Source: Blastocladiella emersonii ATCC 22665 (Eukaryota; Fungi; Blastocladiomycota). From it: a stretch of DNA of 64,000 bases. The stretch's first letter is position 1. Every line of letters starts with the position of its first letter. The translations under genes and the position numbers were made by a program. The notes below the pieces were generated by a model. The model saw only the letters and a list, made by a program, of their open reading frames with translations, did not search any database and had not been told where the DNA came from. The DNA lies in NCBI GenBank assembly GCA_025594325.1, contig JANHCV010000006.1:930001-994000 (forward strand), given 5' to 3'. Positions 26,766 to 38,507 of the stretch are shown here, one piece after another.

Positions 26766-27941
26766 TCACGCGTCCGCGTCCGCCTTGCACGCCGCGTCAA
26801 TCTCCTCCTGCGACTTGCCCACGAACCGGTTGCGGTCGAACCACACGTCGAGGTCAAGCTCCTCGAACCCGACGACGCCCGCGTCGCGCATCGCGCCGAG
26901 CTGCTCGGGCCGGTGGAGCATCGCGAGGACGAACTCGGCCGCATCGACGAGCCGCGGGCCGGGCCGGTTAAAGTGGTGGTTCCCATCGACGAGCATGACG
27001 CGCTTAGGCCGCGGGCTGAGTTGCCACCACCACGCGTCGTCGCGCGCGAGCACGATGCGCAGCTCGCGCTTGGTCGTCGGGATATCGAGCCCGCACGGCG
27101 CGATCAGGAGGACCTCGGGCCGCGAGGCCACCAGCGTCTCGGTTGGGATCCGGAACGATTTCGTGTAGGGCGACGCGCCGTACGCCCACTGGTCCCACCC
27201 GGCGACCACGTCGGGCATGTCGTTGGCGTCGCGCAGAATCGTGTTGAGCGGGTGGTACCCGCCCGCGAGCTCGATGAGTTGCGGGGTCCAGTGCCCGCCG
27301 AAGAAGATCGGGTCGACCCACTCGATCATGGCCACGTTCGGCCGCGTCGTGACGTGCGCCTTGGTCCAGTCCTCGATGGCGCGCAGCCGCGCGAGCAGGC
27401 CGTTGTACACCTCGCGCGCCGCGGCGTCCTGCCCGACGGCGCGGCCCACGTCCAGCACGTTCTGCAGCACGTCGTGCAGGCTGTTCGGGTTGAGCGTCAG
27501 CACCGTGGGTCGCGGGTGCATCGTCGCCGCGACGCGCTCGACCGTCTGCAGGTCGATCGCGCACACCTGACAGATGTCCTGCGTCAGCCAGAGGTCCGGG
27601 CGCAGCGACTTGATCGTCTCGATCTCGAGGTTGTACAGCGAGTTGCCCTGCGACAGCGCCTCGCTCACCTGCTTGTCGACGTCGGCCGACGTCGTGAAGT
27701 GCGTCTTCTGCGACGTCAGGATCGGCCGGTCCGCGACCGTTTTCGGGAAGTCGCACTCGTGCGAACGACCGACGAGCAGCGACGCGCCTGTCGGCAGCAG
27801 GCACAGGATCTCGGTCGCTACAACGGCGTGTCGAGGTCAGCGATCGCATTCGGGGTTGCGCCGCGTGTGCGTGTGCGTACCCGACGGAAGGACCGAGATG
27901 ATGCGCTTCGGCGGGAAGATGGCGCCCGAAGTCGACGACAT
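26766..27941 (-). CDS. Bacterial-type substrate-binding protein (TroA/BtuF-like, class III); 2 exons (intron 27880-27818)
   Basis: RIISVLPSATEILC, LVGRSHECDFP, LTQDICQVCA, EWVDPIFFGGHW and FNRPGPRLVD match the cobalamin/Fe-siderophore binding-protein family. No signal peptide. Confidence 0.8.
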
Positions 27942-28836
27942 GTTCATGCGAATACGTTGCAGCGAGTGCGGTCTACGGCCGACGTCCAATGCAGCGCGAA
28001 GGAGGGAGAGCGGGCGAGACATTGCGAATCGGCAGGGAGAGAGGCATCGGGCGAGCTCGGGTCCCTGCCTTGAGTGTGGCGGCCCCCAAAACGCGTGAGC
28101 GCGGATCAAGGCCAGGATCAAACGCGTCGCGACGAAGCACGGCCAGCAATCAATCAAGACGCATCTCAGTCCGCTCTGACATTCATCGACCTGCGTGCTT
28201 TGAGTCCGCTCCCGTGCGGACGCGCGGAACCTGTGGACGTCGCCCATCCATCTGCGCGCACTCATCGCCATCGTCACCAACCTCGGGCGCCGCCGCCGCC
28301 ACTCACAGGCGCGGAAGGTGGATATTAGTAGGCGCCAACGACCGCCGCCATGGCGTCGTTCACAAGCAGCTCCCAAGGTCGGTCGTAAGGGAAAATTCGC
28401 GCGGCTGTGCGGACCGTGTCCTCCTCACGGCCGCGACCTTGCGACGCGATGAGTCCGCGCGATGCGATGTGATGTAAGCGGGGTCGGCATGGCGCCATCG
28501 CATTTCAACCAGTGCGGCCCGAGCACCCGCGGCTGGGGGCCGAGATGGTCATAGGGCACTGGGACGAAGGATCCGATGACCCCGAGTGTGCGGTCGCGCG
28601 ATCGTGTGGCGCAATGGCGCAACCGCATGGCTGCGCCACCTGCATCTGCGGAAGCTGACGCCATGCTCCGTGTGAGCGCTGAGACAATCTTGCTTGTCCC
28701 ATCCGGCCCCCGCGAGAACGGGTGGGAAGTCGCCGAGGGCCGAGGTCGCTAACTTGCTATTGCGCCATACAGCTCGCGGGCCGTATCTCGAACCTCGCGC
28801 TGGGATCACAGAGCGGAGAGGGCGAGAGCGGATCCG

Positions 28837-28842
28837 TATAAA
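28837..28842 (+). promoter_or_regulatory. TATA box upstream of the permease
   Basis: TATAAA 90 nt before ATG 28927 in otherwise GC-rich sequence. Confidence 0.45.
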
Positions 28843-28926
28843 GTCAGCAGCGCCCCCGCGTCCTCGACTCGGTTCTAGCACCCATCCTTCCACCACCTTG
28901 CTCCGATCTACGCAGCCAATACCACC

Positions 28927-30544
28927 ATGGGATCGACATTGCTCAACAAGTTCCTCATCAAGAAGAGTGTGGAGAACATCCAGCACGAGGCCGAGAACAA
29001 CGGGCTCAAGCGCTCGCTGACCGCGCTCGACCTCACCATCGTCGGCGTCGGCGACATTATCGGCGCCGGCATCTTCGTCATCACGGGCACGGCCGCCGCC
29101 AACTACGCCGGCCCCGCCGTCATCCTGTCGTTCCTCTTCTCGGCCATCGCCTGCGCGTTCGCTGGTCTCTCCTACGCCGAGCTCGCCAGTCTGCTCCCCG
29201 TGTCCGGCTCGGCCTACACGTACGCCGCCGCGACGCTCGGTGAGCTGCCCGCGCATGTCGTCGGCTGGGACCTCATGCTCGAGTACCTCGTCGGATCGGC
29301 ACTCGTCGCGCAGGGCTGGACGGCCTACCTGCTCAAACTGCTCAAGAACTTTGACGTGACCCTCGACCCGTCGTGGACCAGCACCCCGTACGAGTGGAGC
29401 GACGTCGACGGATTCGTCCCCGGTGCCGGCTACATCAACTTGCCCGCCCTCCTCATCGTGTTCCTCGTTACGGGCGTCCTGATCCTCGGCGCCAAGCAGT
29501 CGGCCGGTTTCGCGGGCGTGTTCGTGGCCATCAAGCTCGCCGTGATCCTGCTCTTCCTCTTCGCCACCGTCGGCTACGTCGAGCCCAAGAACTGGTCGCC
29601 CTTCATCGTCACGCCCACCGAGGAGGACATTGCCAAGGGCCACAACTTCGGCTGGGGCGGCATCTTCAAGGCCTCGTTCAACATCTTCTTCTCGTACATC
29701 GGCTTCGACGCCGTCTCGACCACCGCCGGCGAGGCCAAGAACCCGGCCCGTGACCTCCCGATCGGCATCCTCGGCTCGCTCACCATCTGCACCCTTCTCT
29801 ACATCCTCGTCGCCCTCACGCTCACCGGTATCGCGCCCTACCGCACCCTCGCTGGCGGCGCGCCCCTCGCGACGGCGGTGACGGCTCTCGGCATGAAGTG
29901 GCTCTCGATCTTCGTCAGCATCGGCGCTCTCGCTGGTCTCACCTCTGTGCTGGTCGTCGCGCTCATGTCGCAGCCCCGTGTCTTCTACTCGATGGCCACC
30001 GACGGTCTGCTGCCGCCCATCTTCGCCAAGCTGCACCCCACGTTCAAGACGCCCGTGTTCCCGCTCCTGCTCAACGGTGTGCTCGTCGGTCTCTCGGCTG
30101 CGTTCCTCCCCATCGACGTCCTTGGCTCGTACGTGTCACATCACTTGTCACCTCGACTCAACACTCGCCCCCATCACCTCGCTGCTCAAATCAGCTCACT
30201 AACCACGCAATATCACCAACAACAGCGCAACATCTTCGGGCACCCTCTGGGCCTTCATGATGGTTTGCACCGCCGTCGGTGTGCTCCGTTTCACGCGTCC
30301 CGACATCGAGCGGCCGTTCCGCGTGCCCGGCGGCCCGATCCTGATCCCCGGCCTCGGCGTGCTCAGCTGCGGGTTCCTCCTCATCTCGGGCGGCCGTGAC
30401 GGTCTGATCCGTCTCTTCGGCTGGATGGCGATCGGCCTCGTTGTTTACTTTGTCTACGGTCACCGCCACTCGAAGTACGCCGAGCACGCCAGCCGCGAGC
30501 CCGCACCTGTGCTCAAGGCGGCCGACGCCAAGCTCGAGGCCTAA
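28927..30544 (+). CDS. APC-superfamily cationic amino acid transporter (CAT/YfnA-like); 2 exons (intron 30129-30225)
   Basis: IIGAGIF, AGPAVILSF, YAELAS, GSAYTY, YIGFDAVST..EAKNP and C-terminal RPFRVP. Many transmembrane segments. Confidence 0.9.
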
Positions 30545-31429
30545 GCCTTCGCTTCAATCAGTTTTGTGTTTTGTTCTTCACCGTCACATTGACAACCCAT
30601 CGCGCGTGTACATATAAATCGAAATCGTGCTGATCAAAGTTTCCATCATGATCACGTGAGTGGCGCAGCGCGTCCATCGAGGTGCTTCGTCGGAGTAGGA
30701 AGGTGCCCATCGGCGCAATCAAGCAGTGAGTTGCAGAAAAGAACCAAGTCTATGACCTACGAGCTTCCCTTGGGCTCGCAGCTGATTGTACAGCCTGTGA
30801 TCGGTTCCTGCGTTTGTCTGCTTACCGCTAGCGCTGTCGCGGCCGCACCGAGATTCCGAAATTCCACTGCCGAACGAACGAGACGACGCGTTGCTCTCCG
30901 TCATTTACAGCGTTGTCTTTAGCTGGACGCCCCAGCTAGGCGCGGACGGCGCAGCAGCGCGGCGCGTACTGACAGCGGCGGTGGCGGCCTTGGTCAAGTT
31001 CTTGGGCGAGAAGGTGGCGCCGACAACGATGCGGTCGCGGCTGTCGCCGGCGGGCATGGTGGCGCGCTGCGCGGGTGACGAGCGGGCAGTGGATGCAGTT
31101 GTGCGAGTAGTGGGGCGAACCCGCCGACGGCAGGTGAAGATTTGACCAGGCGTGCGACTACGTACGCGGCCATTCTTGGTTTTCCCTCGCAACTTCCATG
31201 CAGTACGCTACCTTGCGTTCAAGGCTAAGCAGTTACACATCAATCAGTGTGGGCCCAGCAAATGCATGTCATCCCTCCTTAACTGGCTCAGAACGAGATT
31301 ATTGCGCCGCTCCTCGTGATTATATGCGTCGCTCCTCGTGACTAAATGCATGCTCTCGCCTCCCAGGACAAGGTGTTGTCGTCCAGATGACCAGGTGCGC
31401 TAAGAGTCTCCCTCAAAAGTAGGAGCCTC

Positions 31430-31906
31430 ATGATATCAACTCAAACCTTGATAAAAACAGATGGGATCAGCAGTCTCGAGCGAGTCCTTGTTTCTAGCAC
31501 GCGACGCTCAACCTTGAGGACAACCGAGGAGCCAGGTCTCGATGAGGGTGCACGCGCCGTTGTCCGCTTCAGCCTCGAAAACAAGACCGTCTTTGTCCGA
31601 CGCACAATAAGAAGTTGCGAGCAGTATCTCAACATTTTCGGACACAGGTACTCCGTTCCGAACCTTCGGCTCGTCCTTCATGAAACTGCAGTCACCCGCA
31701 TGCGGATTAACCACAAGCTCGGCCAGGTCGATGGGCTCTCACTCGCGTTTTTGCATGTATACGACAGCGAGCCTGACCTGACTTTCACTGGAGGTGTCCG
31801 GCGCCTTGCTGCGCTTTACTCTCAATACTTGGCACTAAGTCAAGAAATTTGGGAACTTGAAGTGCTTTGCCGAGCTGTGAGGGAACGAATTCACGCGGAC
31901 GCTTGA
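31430..31906 (+). CDS. Orphan ORF (158 aa) in a lower-GC island
   Basis: Protein-like composition with an amphipathic helical C-terminus, but no host-type codon bias and no recognisable motif. Confidence 0.25.
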   Translation: MISTQTLIKTDGISSLERVLVSSTRRSTLRTTEEPGLDEGARAVVRFSLENKTVFVRRTIRSCEQYLNIFGHRYSVPNLRLVLHETAVTRMRINHKLGQVDGLSLAFLHVYDSEPDLTFTGGVRRLAALYSQYLALSQEIWELEVLCRAVRERIHADA

Positions 31907-32766
31907 AACCATTAGGCATATTCAGCGCACGATCCTTTCGCGCGTCGTTTGCTTCGACCCGCACACGCACACCGACAATCGAATGTCCAGTGTCAGCTCT
32001 AAATATCCGTGATTCTTTTTTGGTTCGCCTCCTAATCCATAAACGACACTGCGTTCCAGCTTTCTTCTCGCGAGCTTTTCCTCCCCTCCTCCCCCTCCTC
32101 CGTCATCTTGGATGTAGATACATGTAGTGCGTTTCTTGTCGCCCATAAGTGATATCGCTGCCACGGGTATTGAAATCGGCTGAGTCGCAACCACTGGTCG
32201 ATCTCACGGAGCAAACCGTTGCGTTGCAGTAGCGTCGGACGACCAGACGCTGCATTTATGGTGCAGCCGTCAACTTGCAGCGACGTCGGCTAGAAGGCTT
32301 GGGCGCACATCTCGAACTCATCTACTTCACGCGACACGCGACGTCGCTGCGGGCTGTTGAGACGCGACTGGATATCATGTGACGTGAGACATGTGGCGCA
32401 GGCGGTCCAGCCAGGCGCGTGGAGCCGAGTTTTCGCTCGCTTTGGATCCCTCACTGCTCTTGCGAGAATGCCCGATGCTAAGCCAATGAATAACCTCCTG
32501 CATTTTTATCACGGGGCCTCATCGAGGTATTTGTCACTTTGAGACATATTCAGGCCGCCTAGAACGTCCATGGCGAGAGGCGACACCGGAGCTGTGAGGC
32601 ACCGGAATCGCTCAGCCGCACCCCGATCATCAAAATTTTTGACAGGTTTGCGGTCTGGGCGCCAAGCTGCTCGATCGAGGCACCCCCATTCTTGGACCCT
32701 TCGTCCCTCGCTCTCACTCTGACCGTACCAGTTGTCTTTGGCCACATGAAAGCTAATGCAATCTAA

Positions 32767-35070
32767 ATGTCGTCGCTCTTGTACCTCGGCCTGACCGAGT
32801 TCACCTTGTGGTCCACGGCGACCCGCCTCGTCGCGGCGAGCGTCCTCGTCACGCTCGTCCACCGCGCGCTCTTTGCCCACCGTCCAGCGCTCCCGCTCGT
32901 CATGTCACTCTCGCTTCCCGCTGGGCTGACCGCCGGAGCCCGTCGCGCCTACGCCCAGGCCCGCTCCGGCCAGACAGCCCAGGTTTTCCTGGTCCTCGCC
33001 CTCACGGTCATGGCCGCCACCGCAACGATCGCCGACTTCACGCTTTCCTCGATCTTTGGCTCTCTTCGCGCTGATCGCGAGGCCCGCATCGTGTGGGCGC
33101 GCCCGAGCGATCCGACCAAGCGACCCATGATATCAACTGCTCTTACTGGGCAGCTCGCGTCGCGCGATCTGGTGTACGGCGCGCTCCGCAGCATGATGCC
33201 AGACAACCTCAACCCGGACCGCGACTGGCTGCGCACCGGCGGGTCGCTGGACGAGGTCGATACCACGCTCGCGCTTCTGCACCCTGGACTTTGCGGCCTC
33301 GCGCCGAACAAGCCCTCCCCGTTCGACGTCTCCCGCATGGTGACCGGCAACTCGCGGATCTTGCCCGAATACCTCACGTTTGACCCGCGCGGCGATGTCA
33401 CGGCGGGAACCCAGCAGCTCTTTGTGAATCTCATGCTTGTGCCAACGGATAACGGTACGGCTCAAGTTGACGTGACAACGATTGCGATCCCCGTCCCGAT
33501 CCGGTCCAGCGTCAACTCGGAGGGCCAGTTGCAGGGCTCGACCGACCGTAGCGACGGTGCTCTCGAGCAGCGTCAGTTCAGCTACGGCGTCTCGTCTACC
33601 TCCAACCGGATCACCGCTTACAACATGACGTGCGGGCTCGCGCCCGATGACGTGCGGACCTGGCTCAATGCACGACTTCGCGGCCCCAAGCCAACAGTCG
33701 CGCCCTTTGTTGGTTACGGCAAGTCTGGTGGCAGCGGCTACATCAACCCCAGCACCATGTACTACTCGGACATCAGCAACTACCGCAGCTTTGGTGGCAC
33801 CTTTGGCGGTTTCGCCGCCGGGATGTTGGTTCACACGACGCCAGAGTTGCTCAAGAGCGGCGTGTTCGAAGTTCTCACGTTTGGATCGCAGATGACTGGC
33901 ACCGGCGAGCAACGGCAGACGAGCGTTGCTGTCGCGTCGGACCTTTACTTTAGCTCGAGCAAGGACAATGTCGACATGTCGACGCGGGATACGATCACAG
34001 CTCCAATCGAGCTGCAGTGCTCCAACGCTTCCCGCTCCATGGGCATCTTTAACGCAAACTCTTCCGTCCCAGTCGTCGAGACTCAATCGGGCGATGGAGG
34101 CGGCAGACCTTACTCTGACGTACCCACCGCTCTCTCGACATGCCGCCTCCTCATCCGCGGCGCGCAAAGCAGCATCTTTTCGCAGCGCGTGCCCGCCAAC
34201 GACTCGATGCCGCTGCTCACGTATCTCGCGGGGGCTCAAGTGTGCCGCTCCCAGCTCACCGTCTTCAAGGCTTCACTTACTGGCCCTTACACCGCCCTGC
34301 GCGGTGCTTCGTCGGGCGACGCTATCTCGGATCTCATTGGCACGGTGCGCATCGTCCCTCAGTCCCGCCCGCACTCGGTGCGTTGCATCAACGACGCGGC
34401 AGTCAAGTCGAAGTCGCAGCCGACGCTGTGGACCACGCTGCTCTCGCGCGTCCGCTCCACGGTGTTCAACAGTAACTCGAGCGACGCAGGCGCCGATCTC
34501 GGCGGCGGCTGGGCGACGACGTACCTGACGCCAGCCAACACGGGCGGCTGGGCGCAGCAGGCGCAGGCCGTCAAGACGTACGAACTTCCCGCGGGCCCGC
34601 AGATGTTCGTGCAGACCGTGATCGGCGTGTACGTTTGGGAGCTCATTCTTTCGTTCGCGGCCGCGGCGGCCGTGCTTGTGCTCTCCATGGGATTCGGCTG
34701 GGGCGACCAGCACACTGCACCGCTGGCGCTCATGTACGACTTTGACTACGTGCCGAATGCGGCGCGACCGGACCCGCCCGCCGATTTGCGCCACGGCGTC
34801 GAGGGGATCGACCTGCTCCAGCCGACCAAGCTTGTTGCCGTTGAACTCGCGACGGTCCCGCGCTCGCGCGTGCTTCGTGTCGTTCCCGCTGCGTCGTCCG
34901 AGACCACGCTGCAAGCTGCTCGGTGGGAAGCCGGTGCCGGCGAAGGCGAAATCGTGGCGACCGCGGCGAGCGTGGGCGAGATCCAGCAGGCGCTGCGCGA
35001 GCGCTACCCGCTCAATCGCGAGAACAAGGATGTGGAAGATGGGCTGCTTGGTCAAGATAGCCGTGCCTAA
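32767..35070 (+). CDS. Uncharacterised intronless membrane protein (767 aa): N-terminal hydrophobic segments, large Ser/Thr/Gly-rich domain, one C-terminal TM
   Basis: Long ORF with moderate codon bias. Hydrophobic stretches near aa 20-35, 72-95 and 615-645, and several N-x-S/T sequons in between. Confidence 0.7.
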   Translation: MSSLLYLGLTEFTLWSTATRLVAASVLVTLVHRALFAHRPALPLVMSLSLPAGLTAGARRAYAQARSGQTAQVFLVLALTVMAATATIADFTLSSIFGSLRADREARIVWARPSDPTKRPMISTALTGQLASRDLVYGALRSMMPDNLNPDRDWLRTGGSLDEVDTTLALLHPGLCGLAPNKPSPFDVSRMVTGNSRILPEYLTFDPRGDVTAGTQQLFVNLMLVPTDNGTAQVDVTTIAIPVPIRSSVNSEGQLQGSTDRSDGALEQRQFSYGVSSTSNRITAYNMTCGLAPDDVRTWLNARLRGPKPTVAPFVGYGKSGGSGYINPSTMYYSDISNYRSFGGTFGGFAAGMLVHTTPELLKSGVFEVLTFGSQMTGTGEQRQTSVAVASDLYFSSSKDNVDMSTRDTITAPIELQCSNASRSMGIFNANSSVPVVETQSGDGGGRPYSDVPTALSTCRLLIRGAQSSIFSQRVPANDSMPLLTYLAGAQVCRSQLTVFKASLTGPYTALRGASSGDAISDLIGTVRIVPQSRPHSVRCINDAAVKSKSQPTLWTTLLSRVRSTVFNSNSSDAGADLGGGWATTYLTPANTGGWAQQAQAVKTYELPAGPQMFVQTVIGVYVWELILSFAAAAAVLVLSMGFGWGDQHTAPLALMYDFDYVPNAARPDPPADLRHGVEGIDLLQPTKLVAVELATVPRSRVLRVVPAASSETTLQAARWEAGAGEGEIVATAASVGEIQQALRERYPLNRENKDVEDGLLGQDSRA

Positions 35071-35726
35071 TAGATAGATGAGAGGTTCCGTCTTAAAAAG
35101 TAAGCTGTGTTTGTACCCGATCAAGCTTGTGATCCATGATCAGTGCCGTGATCTCGCGACGCGACGCGTTGCGCCACACGGCACGAACGACTCAGCCACG
35201 CGCGGTTCGGAGAGAAACACACAGTCAAGTTCATTCGCTCGCGGCAGCAACACCCGCTTCACATGTCTCCGCCAACTCTTCGTCTTCTTGAATCGGCGAC
35301 AGGCGGGGATTCTGGGGGTGGGGTACTGATACGGGCACGGCTACGGGCTGATGAGGCAAGGGAGGAGCAGAAGGTGCAATCGATGGCGAGCTGGAGGAGA
35401 GAGATGTGTACAAAACGGGGAGTGATGCTCGGTTGGGCAGCGACGGCCAACCCGTGAGGAAGCGGAGTGTGAGCGCGCCGGCGGCCGAGACCGCGACGAC
35501 TCCCAGGACCACGGCGGCGGCGAGTAGGGACCAGTTGAACGAGGGAACAGCGAGGCGCCACGCGGCGAGGCCGAGAGCGGCGGCGGCTGCAGCGACTTGG
35601 CGGTGGGTGATGGCGGGAGTGGAGGAAACGGGGGAAACATGCGATGAGGAAGCAGGAGTTGGCCACGCCGCCGGCGTCCGCGGCGACCCAGGCGGCGTCG
35701 GCGCGGGCGGCGGGCGGTGGGCGTGG

Positions 35727-37341
35727 TCAAACCCTCGACCCGTGATACCCGGCCTCGCGGGCGCTCGTCGCGCGCGGGGACCAGCCGCCGCCCTTCCCAC
35801 CGCCGTAGCCCGTCGCGGACGCGCGGTCGGGCGACTGCGGGAACGCGGCGGCGGTCGAGCTCGGCGGCGGAGACGGGTGCACGTCGAAGCCGCTGGTGGC
35901 GCCGGGCGAGTGGACGAGCATTGGCGCGATCTGGCGCGACACGAGCTTGGGCGGCGGCGGCGGCATGGGCGGCGGCGGGCTCGCGGACGACGGGCCCATG
36001 AGGTGAGCCACGTCCTCGTACGACGTGATGCCGGCGGGCCGCGCGCGCGACGCGGAGCGGTGCCGTGGCGCCGGGTGGTGCACGGGGACGGCGGGCGCCG
36101 AGTCGAGCGTGGGCGCGGGCGGCGCGGCGCGGTGGTGCCGGCTCGATCGCCGGCGGACCGGTGCGCTGGCGGGGTGCGCGGCGGAGGGCGCGTCGACGGC
36201 CGAGTGGAACATGGGTTCGGCTCCGTGGTCGTGAACGGCACGCGCGTCGTGGAAGACCTGGTCGTCGGGCTGAGCATGGTGGTGATAGTGCGACGCGGCG
36301 GGTTGTGGAGCAAAGTGCGCGTGTGGGTGCATCGTCGGGGATACCGCGTGCCGCGACGGCGATGGTGGCCATGTCGGCGAGAGCGCGCGAGGTGGGGACA
36401 GCGCTCGCCGCTCGGGCGACGCGTTCCGCCGCACGGGCGATGCGGGCCGGTGGACAACGAGCGATGCGGCCGCTGCCTGCGCCGCCGCGACAGAGTGGTT
36501 GGACCACTGCTGTACGTTGCAGCAGTGCGCGTAGGCCTTGCCGTAGAGGGCATTGGACTGGTGGACGAGCTGGGCGTGGCATCGGTCGGCGAGGAAGGCG
36601 ACGTTGCGGTGCTCCTCGCCCATGATGGCGTCGAACTGGGCGTTCTTGATGCCCTCGAGCTCGTTGGCGAGGCGGGCGAGGTCGCGCAGGGCGCCCTGGT
36701 ACTCTGTGATGTGGGCATTGGCGGTGCGCGGGTCGCCGCGGGCGCGCGGGTCGTTGACGAGGGTGGACGAGACCTTGGCGACGCCGTGGCGCTCAATGGC
36801 CTTGACCTGCTTGGTGTTGTGGTCGCGGGCCTGGCGGAAGCGGTCGGCAGTGGCCTTGATGTTGGCCTTGTGCGCGGCGTAGTTTTGCCGCAGCGGGTCG
36901 ATGAGGTCCGACTCGAGCTGCACCGCGCTCGTGTCGAGGCCCGCGGCGAGGATGGACTGGAGCGTGGCGAACTGGCGGATCGCGTTGGCTAAATCGGCGG
37001 GGTGATGAGTGTGTGCGGTGGCGGAGATGGTGGCGCAGCAGCAGCGAGGCCCGCGTACCCGGCGCGTCCGAGAGGGATGGGGCCGAGTCGGCAAAGTTGG
37101 CGAGCGTCGCGGCCACGTCCCGGGCGCGGTTGGCGAGGGTGCGCATGGCCGAGGTCATGTCGCCGACGACCTTGATCACGTCCTTGTAGGCGCGCTTGGC
37201 GTCCTCGATCTCGGTCGACGTGACGGACGCGATGACGTTGCGCGGCGGGAGCAGCAGCGGCGCGTCGCCCGACACCATGCCGCCGGCGGCGGGCGAGGCG
37301 GCGCGGTGGTGGTGGTGGTGGTTGCTGCGGAGGCGCATCAT
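35727..37341 (-). CDS. IMD/I-BAR-like protein (Ivy1-like) with Pro/His-rich C-terminus; 2 exons (intron 37058-36989)
   Basis: About 250 aa of amphipathic helices (KRAYKDVIKVVGDMTSAMRTLA, FATLQSIL, LIDPL, YQGAL..L) consistent with a BAR-type fold. The splice restores the frame. Confidence 0.6.
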
Positions 37342-37946
37342 CTTGTGCTCAATCGACGAGGGTTGGGTGATGAGCGGCGGAAGCGGCGGCCGAGGAGAGA
37401 AGTAGCGGCAGCAGCAACGGCGATGGGGCCAATGACCGCCTTTCCTCGAATGGTGCTAGCGCGCGGGTTGCGCGTGCCGAACCGCGTCAGCGTCTACGTG
37501 ATGTATCCCGGGCGGAAATGAACAGGGCGATGGAGGGAGGAGCAGCCGACGCGTGGAGCCGGGCCGGGGAGGCGGGCCGTGCGTGCGTGGGAGCAAGGGG
37601 GACGCGTCGGCTCGCGGCAGGTGGCTGTGGCGGCGGCAGGCGTTGCTCTAAGTGGTGGGAACCGCCGCTGTTACTCTCGTTCGCTCTGACTGCCGCGAAA
37701 ATCGGTCTGGCCGGGATCAAAGCGGTGGCGGGCCGGTCCAGAGACGGCAGTTGCATGCAGTGGCGGGGCGCGGATCCATGGTGACGACGGCATCGACGAG
37801 GGCAGGGCGGAGGAGGGCGGGGATGGTCAGGGCGGAGCGGTCGGCTGCCGTGACCCGCGGACGTGCATCCGGGCCCCGCGGCCTGCCCCGCGGCCTTCCC
37901 AACGCGGGAGGTCGGTGGGAGAGGGATGAGACAGTCGCGTCTCGCG

Positions 37947-38010
37947 GCGCGTTTCAGCGCGAAAACCGGCGCACGCGGCCGTCACGCGAGCGAGCGGAAA
38001 CCAGTCTTGA
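37947..38010 (+). promoter_or_regulatory. Copy A of a duplicated 46-bp element containing E2F/SCB-like GCGCGAAAA and several CGCG cores
   Basis: 37947-37992 matches 44430-44475 at 45 of 46 positions, with looser similarity for a further 18 nt or so. Confidence 0.6.
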
Positions 38011-38507
38011 CCTGGCAGGACCTGGGGGCTCGAACGCCGAGGCCGAAGGTCGAAGCCGTGGGGCCGAGGCCCGTCTCGACAAGTACTATAAGTCGCCCTG
38101 GGGGTCTCGGCACACCCCGCAGCGTGTCCGCGGGGCTGTTGTCGCCGCCGCCGCCGCCGCCGAAGGGCCCCATGAAGCATCATGCACCGCCGTCGTCCGG
38201 CACCGACACGCCGGCGAACGCGATCGCGGGAGCCGTACGTCGCAGCCACTGCTGTGAGGACCGCGGACGGCCCCCGCAGCGCGAGTCGGCGTCCGTCGCG
38301 CGCTTCGTCGTGGCGCAAACCCAGGACGGGTCGGACCGGGTGCCGCCCCGCCGCTTCGGCTTCCTTCTCCGCTCAGGGGGGGCTGCGTTGGTAGTTTCGG
38401 CTTGGCGTTGAGGCGGCCGAGGGCGGCTCGGAGGCTCGCTGGAACGACTGGGATTCTCTCTCTCCCTCGCTCTCCGCCGTTGAGACAAGCAACCTCAGAA
38501 AATTGCA

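Noticed and set aside
38090-38420. Possible RNase MRP/P or SRP RNA after a TATA-like element (GAAGGGCCCC ... GGGGGGCUG could form a P4-like helix)
   Set aside because: The conserved-region consensus has several mismatches, there is no SRP helix-8 motif, and such pairings are common at this GC content. An Infernal/Rfam cmsearch would settle it.
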